4,305 bases of DNA, taken from the IMG/VR virus record IMGVR_UViG_2778261202_000007, positions 1 through 4,305 of that record; one strand, written 5' to 3'. The notes under the pieces are model-generated. The model made no database searches. It had not been told where the DNA came from and worked only from the letters and a program-made list of their open reading frames with translations. This DNA is from a virus (Duplodnaviria; Heunggongvirae; Uroviricota; Caudoviricetes). Position 1 is the stretch's first letter. Each line of letters starts with the position of its first letter. Below are positions 1-4,305 of the stretch, piece after piece. Position numbers and translations under genes: made by a program.

Positions 1-984
1 CTGGACGTCAGCGACACGCTCCGGCGCATGGATGAAGACGTGCGGGCAAAGGTGTATGCGGCGGCGCTGCATACGGTTTACGGTTACATCGATTATCTGG
101 CAATGAACATGCTGCCTGACCTGTGTGATGAGTCCTGGCTGGCGCGACATGCTGCGATGAAACGGTGTCCGCGCAAGGGGGCCACGACTGCCAGCGGGTA
201 TATGCGCTGGGAAGGCGTCAGCGATGGCCTGAAGGTGACCGCCGGGAGTGTTATTCAGCGCGATGACCTGGTTCAGTACACGGCAACTGCCGATGCAACC
301 AGCGCCGGTGGTGTCCTGCGCGTGCCGATCGCCTGCTCAAGTGCAGGCGCGGTCGGTAACGCTGACGACGGTACGTCATTAATCCTGGTCACGCCGGTTA
401 ATGGTCTGCCGTCTTCCGGCGTGGCAGACACTCTGACAGGTGGATTTGATACTGAAGATCTGGAAACGTGGCGCGCCCGCGTCATTGAGCGGTATTACTG
501 GACTCCTCAGGGCGGGGCTGACGGGGACTATGTTGTCTGGGCTAAAGAAGTGCCCGGCATTACCCGCGCATGGGCATACCGTCACTGGATGGGAACGGGG
601 ACTGTCGGTGTGATGATTGCCGGCAGTGACCTGATTAATCCGATTCCGGAAGAATCAACGGAAACGGCGGCAAGACAACATATCGGGCCACTGGCCCCGG
701 TGGCAGGCTCTGATTTGTATGTGTTCAGGCCGGTGGCGCATACGGTGGATTTTCATATCCGTGTGACGCCGGATACACCGGAAATACGGGCTGCCATCAC
801 CGCGGAGTTGCGTTCGTTCCTGCTGCGTGATGGTTATCCGCAGGGAGAACTGAAGGTGTCGCGTATCAGTGAAGCGATTTCCGGTGCGAACGGGGAATAC
901 AGCCATCAGTTGCTTGCACCGGCGGAAAATATCTCCATTGCAAAAAATGAACTGGCGGTTCTGGGGACGATTTCATGGACGTGA
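1..984 (+). CDS. Baseplate J-like protein (Mu gp47 / P2 gpJ family), probably 5'-partial. The frame is open from base 1; the first in-frame ATG is at 28; stop TGA at 982-984.
   Basis: Long GC-rich ORF with no stop between base 1 and 984. The ATG at 28 has no convincing Shine-Dalgarno, so the gene probably starts upstream of the window. The motif WLARHAA...[11 protein letters not shown] is reminiscent of baseplate J proteins, and the gene sits immediately upstream of a gpI/gp48-like gene as in P2 (J-I-H-G) and Mu (47-48-S-U). Its last 10 nt overlap the next start codon. Confidence 0.65.
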   Translation: MDVSDTLRRMDEDVRAKVYAAALHTVYGYIDYLAMNMLPDLCDESWLARHAAMKRCPRKGATTASGYMRWEGVSDGLKVTAGSVIQRDDLVQYTATADATSAGGVLRVPIACSSAGAVGNADDGTSLILVTPVNGLPSSGVADTLTGGFDTEDLETWRARVIERYYWTPQGGADGDYVVWAKEVPGITRAWAYRHWMGTGTVGVMIAGSDLINPIPEESTETAARQHIGPLAPVAGSDLYVFRPVAHTVDFHIRVTPDTPEIRAAITAELRSFLLRDGYPQGELKVSRISEAISGANGEYSHQLLAPAENISIAKNELAVLGTISWT

Positions 985-1559
985 CAAACGATGATTACAT
1001 CCGCCTGTTGTCGGCACTGCTGCCGCCCGGTCCGGCGTGGTCAGCCAGCGATCCGGCGATTGCCGGTGCGGCACCGTCATTAACCCGCGTTCATCAGCGT
1101 GCGGATGCCCTGATGCGGGAGCTGGATCCGCGCACCACCACCGAACTGATAAATCGCTGGGAGCGTCTGTGCGGCCTGCCGGATGAATGTATTCCCGCAG
1201 GAACACAGACCCTTCGCCAGCGTCAGCAACGACTGGATGCGAAGGTTAACCTGGCGGGCGGCATCAACGAGGATTTTTATCTTGCACAGCTTGCTGCCCT
1301 GGGCAGACCAGATGCCACCATCACGCGATACGACAAAAGCACGTTCACCTGCTCATCGGCCTGTACTGACGCTGTGAACGCGCCTGAATGGCGGTATTAC
1401 TGGCAGGTCAACATGCCAGCCGCCACCAACACCACCTGGATGGCATGTGGCGATCCCTGTGATTCCGCACTGCGTATCTGGGGCGACACAGTTGTCGAAT
1501 GTGTGCTTAACAAACTCTGCCCGTCGCATACCTACGTAATTTTTAAATATCCGGAGTAA
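975..1559 (+). CDS. ymfQ: Phage baseplate/tail protein, Mu gp48 / P2 gpI-like (DUF2313; YmfQ-like), 194 aa
   Basis: ATG at 975 overlaps the upstream stop (ATGGACGTGA), with GGGGA 7 nt upstream as RBS. The N-terminus [22 protein letters not shown] is recognised from memory as e14 YmfQ-like. Position between the J-like gene and the tail fiber gene matches P2 gpI / Mu gp48. Stop TAA at 1557-1559. Confidence 0.8.
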   Translation: MDVTNDDYIRLLSALLPPGPAWSASDPAIAGAAPSLTRVHQRADALMRELDPRTTTELINRWERLCGLPDECIPAGTQTLRQRQQRLDAKVNLAGGINEDFYLAQLAALGRPDATITRYDKSTFTCSSACTDAVNAPEWRYYWQVNMPAATNTTWMACGDPCDSALRIWGDTVVECVLNKLCPSHTYVIFKYPE

Positions 1560-1562
1560 TCC

Positions 1563-2207
1563 ATGCATCGTATAGACACGAAAACCGCGCAGAAGGATAA
1601 GTTCGGCGCGGGTAAGAACGGTTTTACCCGTGGTAACCCCCAGACTGGCACGCCTGCTACCGATCTGGATGATGACTACTTTGACATGTTGCAGGAAGAG
1701 CTTTGTGGCGTGGTGGAGGCATCCGGTGCCAGCCTGGAGAAGGGGCGAAACGACCAGTTGCTTACCGCGCTTCGTGCGCTGCTGTTAAGTCGCAAAAATC
1801 CGTTTGGCGATATCAAATCGGACGGCACGGTGAAAACGGCTCTTCAAAACCTTGGTTTGGGAGAAGCAGCGAAAATGCCTGCTGCGACAGCATTAGCCAG
1901 CAGTGCAGGTAACATCACTATTCCAGTATTAATTGGTGGAGTACAACGAACAGCATTGCTTCAGTGGAAGACGCTATCAGTGCCGCAATCTACCGACGGT
2001 AATATGGTCGTTGTTGATGACTCATGGCCGGTTGCCTTTCCTAATGCTTGCCTTTCCATCAATCCTTCGCTGGTCAATTCTGTGATCTACGCGACTAATG
2101 GAGCCCCTTTTGTTAGCGCAGCGATTGTTGACCGGGTCAAATTCAAAGCCGCTTGCGCATACACGAAATCTAATTCAACAGTGGCAGTATGGGGAGTAGG
2201 ATATTAA
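1563..2207 (+). CDS. stfP: Tail fiber protein in the currently expressed orientation: constant N-terminal part (aa 1-97, to nt 1853) fused to variable C-terminal cassette Sv (nt 1854-2207); 214 aa
   Basis: ATG at 1563 with GGAG at 1553-1556. The N-terminus (FTRGNPQTGTPATDLDDDYFDMLQEELCGVV) resembles the conserved baseplate-proximal region of Mu S / P2 H-type fibres. The left crossover site lies inside the ORF at codon 97 (..QN-L-GLGE..). Sequence downstream of the site is visibly more AT-rich than upstream. Stop TAA at 2205-2207. Confidence 0.85.
   Translation: MHRIDTKTAQKDKFGAGKNGFTRGNPQTGTPATDLDDDYFDMLQEELCGVVEASGASLEKGRNDQLLTALRALLLSRKNPFGDIKSDGTVKTALQNLGLGEAAKMPAATALASSAGNITIPVLIGGVQRTALLQWKTLSVPQSTDGNMVVVDDSWPVAFPNACLSINPSLVNSVIYATNGAPFVSAAIVDRVKFKAACAYTKSNSTVAVWGVGY
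1840..1865. repeat. Left crossover site (pixL-like; hix/gix-type 26-bp site): CTCTTCAAAACC-TT-GGTTTGGGAGAA
   Basis: 12-2-12 architecture. The reverse complement TTCTCCCAAACC-AA-GGTTTTGAAGAG resembles hixL (TTCTTGAAAACC-AA-GGTTTTTGATAA, quoted from memory). It forms a perfect 15-bp inverted repeat with 3670-3684 (TTGGTTTGGGAGAAG). Embedded in the tail fiber coding sequence at the constant/variable junction. Confidence 0.8.
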
Positions 2208-2650
2208 TGGTCGACTATGTATTCAGCCCGACGGAAAATGCTTTTTATCTTGTGGCACTGAAATATGATTATTTAACTGCTGGCACATGGCCGTCAGACG
2301 GCATCAATATAAATGCTGAAGATGCACTGGTTTTCATGGGAAACGCTCCTGAGGGTAAAATGCGTGGCATTGGTGATGATGGGTTGCCTTGCTGGGTAGA
2401 TCTTCCGTCACCTACGCATAAAGAACAACTTGCTGCGGCTGACTCAGAGAAAAAGTCGAGAATTGACCATGCCAACGAATACATGAACGGTAAGCAATGG
2501 CCTGGTAAAGCAGCTATCGGTCGTCTGAAAGGTGAGGAACTGGCACAATATAATTTGTGGCTGGATTATCTGGACGCACTGGAGCTGATCGATACTTCCG
2601 GTGCGCCAGATATTGAATGGCCTACGCCTCCGGCAGTTCAGGCCAGATGA
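2207..2650 (+). CDS. tfaP: Tail fiber assembly protein (chaperone for the stfP-type fibre tip; Mu U / P2 G family)
   Basis: Preferred start is the ATG at 2207, in a TAATG overlap with the fibre stop and preceded by GGAG (2193-2196) and AGGA (2198-2201). The ORF track's in-frame ATG at 2189 is a possible alternative. The C-terminus LWLDYLDALELIDTSGAPDIEWPTPP shares a motif with the opposite-strand chaperone (LDYIDAV..DTSTAPDVIWPELP), which is typical of Tfa C-terminal domains. Stop TGA at 2648-2650. Confidence 0.85.
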   Translation: MVDYVFSPTENAFYLVALKYDYLTAGTWPSDGININAEDALVFMGNAPEGKMRGIGDDGLPCWVDLPSPTHKEQLAAADSEKKSRIDHANEYMNGKQWPGKAAIGRLKGEELAQYNLWLDYLDALELIDTSGAPDIEWPTPPAVQAR

Positions 2651-3224
2651 CATCCGGCGCTGTGCTGGTATCTGTTGCCGTCACCGCGTCAATGTAATCC
2701 AGCACAGCGTTAAGGCGGATTGTTTCTGCCTGCGTCAGCTTCCGTCCGGCCTGTAATTTCAGTTGAATCAGACTGATGGAGGCCATTGCAGTATCAATCA
2801 GCAACGGGCGCTGTGCTTCTGCTGCATCTACTGCTGCGCCGTGCTGTGCCTCGGTATCTGTCACCCATTTCTCACCATTCCATTCATCGTATGGCGTTAA
2901 CGGGGCGATAGTGGTTGTATTTTCAGGATAATCACCCGGAGCTGTGATTTCTTTCGATTCTCCTGTTTCGGTGCTATAGACGATTTCACCGCGATGATCT
3001 GGCACATATTCCCATGAATTTAAATTCACAGAACGACAGATTGCATAACCAACCTTATGTATGCCAGGTGCATCAAGACAGGAACATGCCGGAATACCGA
3101 CACCAACAGCAAGATATTCAGTTGACGTGGAAATATATTCCCGTGTTTCACCATCGTAGTTATAAACGGTAACATCCCCTGCCTTTGTTGCAATAAGCTC
3201 ACTATTTAATATTGCTTTATGCAT
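2622..3224 (-). CDS. tfaE: Tail fiber assembly protein for the alternative (stfE-type) fibre tip, 200 aa
   Basis: Minus-strand ORF whose ATG (top-strand CAT at 3222-3224) overlaps the stop of the upstream minus-strand stfE cassette by 1 nt (TGATG). It carries the conserved Tfa C-terminal motif, and the N-terminal sequence MHKAILNSELIATKAGDVTVYNYDGETREY is recognised from memory as e14 TfaE-like. Its 3' end overlaps tfaP convergently by 29 bp (2622-2650). Confidence 0.85.
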   Translation of the reverse strand: MHKAILNSELIATKAGDVTVYNYDGETREYISTSTEYLAVGVGIPACSCLDAPGIHKVGYAICRSVNLNSWEYVPDHRGEIVYSTETGESKEITAPGDYPENTTTIAPLTPYDEWNGEKWVTDTEAQHGAAVDAAEAQRPLLIDTAMASISLIQLKLQAGRKLTQAETIRLNAVLDYIDAVTATDTSTAPDVIWPELPEA

Positions 3225-3724
3225 CAGGCTGCCCTCACGATATAGTTAAATGCAATATTACGCGGACGGTTTTCGTTTGCAGTTGGAACAACTCTGGAAG
3301 CATCAAATGTTACTCGCTTTGCATAACCACCTTTAATTGAATCAGATGAAGCATCTCCGATGACGCTGGTTGTAAAAGCACCAGAATCAGAAGGATAGGT
3401 ATTAAACCTGACATCCACTAATGCACCAATTATATTTCGAATGGCATCGCCCTGTGATGAAAGCAAGCTACGGTTAGTATCAATTCCTCTTCCGTCATCC
3501 CAGCCGCGAATAAACTCACCACGTAAATCAGGCAATTTATTTGTCGGGTAAACTTTTGCCAGTTCCGGGTATTCTTCAGCAGAAAAAGCCGCACCATTGC
3601 ATTTCAGCCAGCCTGTTGGCGGAGTGGCTGAAGGCCACGGAACAGGGACACCAACAGGTAATGCAGAGCCTTCTCCCAAACCAACGTTTATGAAAATGCA
3701 GAAATAACGAGCAAATGGCATCAT
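3224..3724 (-). CDS. stfE: Alternative tail fiber C-terminal cassette (Sv'), silent in this orientation; the functional part is 3224-3685, fused to the constant fibre N-terminus only after inversion
   Basis: Minus-strand ORF of 166 codons. The right crossover site (3671-3696) lies at codons 14-18 (V-GLGE), in the same codon phase as the left site in stfP. Codons 1-13 (3724-3686) lie outside the invertible segment, overlap the pin upstream region, and have no RBS, so this is a promoterless, start-less cassette rather than an independent gene. Stop TGA at 3224-3226 (complement). Confidence 0.8.
   Translation of the reverse strand: MMPFARYFCIFINVGLGEGSALPVGVPVPWPSATPPTGWLKCNGAAFSAEEYPELAKVYPTNKLPDLRGEFIRGWDDGRGIDTNRSLLSSQGDAIRNIIGALVDVRFNTYPSDSGAFTTSVIGDASSDSIKGGYAKRVTFDASRVVPTANENRPRNIAFNYIVRAA
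3671..3696. repeat. Right crossover site (pixR-like): TTCTCCCAAACC-AA-CGTTTATGAAAA
   Basis: The inner half-site is a perfect inverted copy of the left site's inner half. The outer half-site is degenerate (CGTTTATGAAAA vs GGTTTTGAAGAG; about 6/12 identical ungapped, better with a 1-nt indel). The core dinucleotide AA is the complement of the left core TT, as required for inversion. Located 55-80 nt upstream of the pin ATG. Confidence 0.75.
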
Positions 3725-3750
3725 TCCTGCTTTTGTCAGGGAGCTCTACC

Positions 3751-4305
3751 ATGCTTATTGGCTATGTACGTGTGTCAACAAATGACCAGAACACAGATCT
3801 ACAACGTAATGCGCTGAACTGTGCAGGATGCGAGCTGATTTTTGAAGACAAGATAAGCGGTACAAAGTCCGAAAGGCCGGGACTGAAAAAACTGCTCAGG
3901 ACATTATCGGCAGGTGATACGCTGGTGGTCTGGAAACTGGACCGACTGGGGCGCAGTATGCGGCATCTTGTCGTGCTGGTGGAGGAGTTGCGCGAACGAG
4001 GCATCAACTTTCGTAGTCTGACGGATTCAATTGATACCAGTACCCCAATGGGGCGCTTTTTCTTTCATGTGATGGGTGCCCTGGCTGAAATGGAGCGTGA
4101 ACTGATTGTTGAAAGAACAAAAGCTGGACTGGAAGCTGCTCGCGCACAGGGACGAATTGGTGGACGTCGTCCCAAACTTACACCAGAACAATGGGAACAG
4201 GCCGGACGATTAATTGCATCAGGAGTTCCTCGCCAGAAGGTGGCGATTATCTATGATGTTGGTGTGTCAACTTTGTATAAGAGGTTTCCTGCAGGGGATA
4301 AATAA
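3751..4305 (+). CDS. pinE: Site-specific DNA invertase, serine recombinase of the Pin/Gin/Cin/Hin family, 184 aa
   Basis: ATG at 3751 with GGGAG at 3739-3743 (7-nt spacer). The ORF-track start at 3715 is rejected as an unsupported 12-codon N-terminal extension. The N-terminus MLIGYVRVSTNDQ contains the catalytic serine (Ser10). The body (TLVVWKLDRLGRS, GINFRSLTDSIDTS, PMGRFFFHVMGALAEMEREL) and the C-terminal HTH (GRRPKLTPEQWEQAGRL...VSTLYKRFP) are near-identical in pattern to Gin/Pin, recognised from memory. Stop TAA at 4303-4305. Confidence 0.95.
   Translation: MLIGYVRVSTNDQNTDLQRNALNCAGCELIFEDKISGTKSERPGLKKLLRTLSAGDTLVVWKLDRLGRSMRHLVVLVEELRERGINFRSLTDSIDTSTPMGRFFFHVMGALAEMERELIVERTKAGLEAARAQGRIGGRRPKLTPEQWEQAGRLIASGVPRQKVAIIYDVGVSTLYKRFPAGDK

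Larger units (their letters stand above)
1853..3684. other. Invertible DNA segment (about 1.83 kb; e14 P-region / Mu G-segment analogue) carrying Sv-tfaP (+) and tfaE-Sv' (-) cassettes
   Basis: Bounded by the two inverted crossover sites and adjacent to a Pin-family invertase gene. It contains two convergent receptor-binding-domain + chaperone modules. The crossover core is at codon positions 2-3 in both fibre reading frames, so inversion preserves the frame. Confidence 0.8.

Noticed and set aside
273-585. Minus-strand ORFs 273-485 and 379-585 (70 and 68 aa)
   Set aside because: They lie entirely antisense inside the GC-rich baseplate J-like gene and have no RBS or recognisable protein features. 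Spurious ORFs of this kind are typical on the opposite strand of high-GC coding sequence.
655-1206. Minus-strand ORFs 655-906 (83 aa) and 973-1206 (77 aa)
   Set aside because: Antisense to well-supported tail genes; their Arg/His/Cys-rich, low-complexity translations are typical of out-of-frame artefacts.
1183-1568. ORFs 1183-1377 (+, 64 aa) and 1353-1568 (-, 71 aa)
   Set aside because: Nested in alternative frames of the gp48-like gene with no independent signals.
1619-1640. Imperfect palindrome GGTTTTACCCGTGGTAACC in the fibre N-terminal coding region, superficially like a GGTTT half-site
   Set aside because: Lacks the 12-2-12 architecture and the TTCTCCCAAACC half-site; most likely coincidental within coding sequence, not a third recombination site.
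1703-1912. Plus-strand ORF 1703-1912 (69 aa) spanning the left crossover site
   Set aside because: Out of frame with the tail fibre gene, which has the conserved N-terminus and the in-frame crossover junction; no RBS.
2189-2206. ATG at 2189 as the tfaP start (ORF-track start)
   Set aside because: Not excluded, but 2207 is favoured because it forms a TAATG stop/start overlap with the fibre gene and has GGAG/AGGA at proper spacing, while 2189 lacks an RBS.
2325-2340. GGTTTTCATGGGAAA inside tfaP, weakly resembling a crossover half-site
   Set aside because: Only a partial match to one half-site with no partner half-site or core; no evidence for a multi-site shufflon-like arrangement.
2269-2653. 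Minus-strand ORFs 2269-2484 and 2444-2653 inside tfaP
   Set aside because: Antisense to the tail fibre assembly gene; the real minus-strand chaperone is the 200-aa ORF 2622-3224, which has the conserved Tfa C-terminal motif.
3715-3750. Upstream start at 3715 for the invertase (MASFLLLSGSST extension)
   Set aside because: Invertases of this family begin MLIGYVRVSTNDQ, and the ATG at 3751 has a good GGGAG Shine-Dalgarno 7 nt upstream, whereas 3715 has none and would overlap the stfE ORF end.
3762-4007. Minus-strand ORF 3762-4007 (81 aa) inside pin
   Set aside because: Antisense to an unambiguous serine invertase gene; Ser/Arg-rich artefact.
1-4305. CRISPR arrays, tRNA/rRNA genes, IS elements or transposase genes
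   Set aside because: No direct-repeat/spacer periodicity, no tRNA-like structures noticed, and every long ORF is accounted for by tail genes or the invertase.

Overview
This window is the distal tail-morphogenesis end of a Mu/P2-like prophage, closely resembling the E. coli e14 element, and ends in a complete Pin/Gin/Hin-family serine DNA invertase gene. All seven coding regions are phage tail or invertase genes. Reading left to right: a baseplate J-like gene (open to the window edge, probably 5'-truncated), a gp48/gpI-like baseplate/tail protein, a short tail fiber gene, its tail fiber assembly chaperone, then on the opposite strand a second chaperone and a start-less alternative tail fiber C-terminal cassette, and finally the invertase on the + strand. 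The main finding is a host-range inversion switch of about 1.83 kb. Two hix/gix-like 26-bp crossover sites in inverted orientation (1840-1865 and 3671-3696) bracket the two convergent cassettes, and the crossover core sits at the same codon phase on both sides, so inversion would swap the fibre C-terminus in frame. This is a well-known class of system (Mu G segment, P1 C segment, e14 P segment), not a novel one. I see no CRISPR array, tRNA, rRNA, IS element or clear intrinsic terminator. All homology statements come from recognising sequences and gene order by eye; no database search was run.
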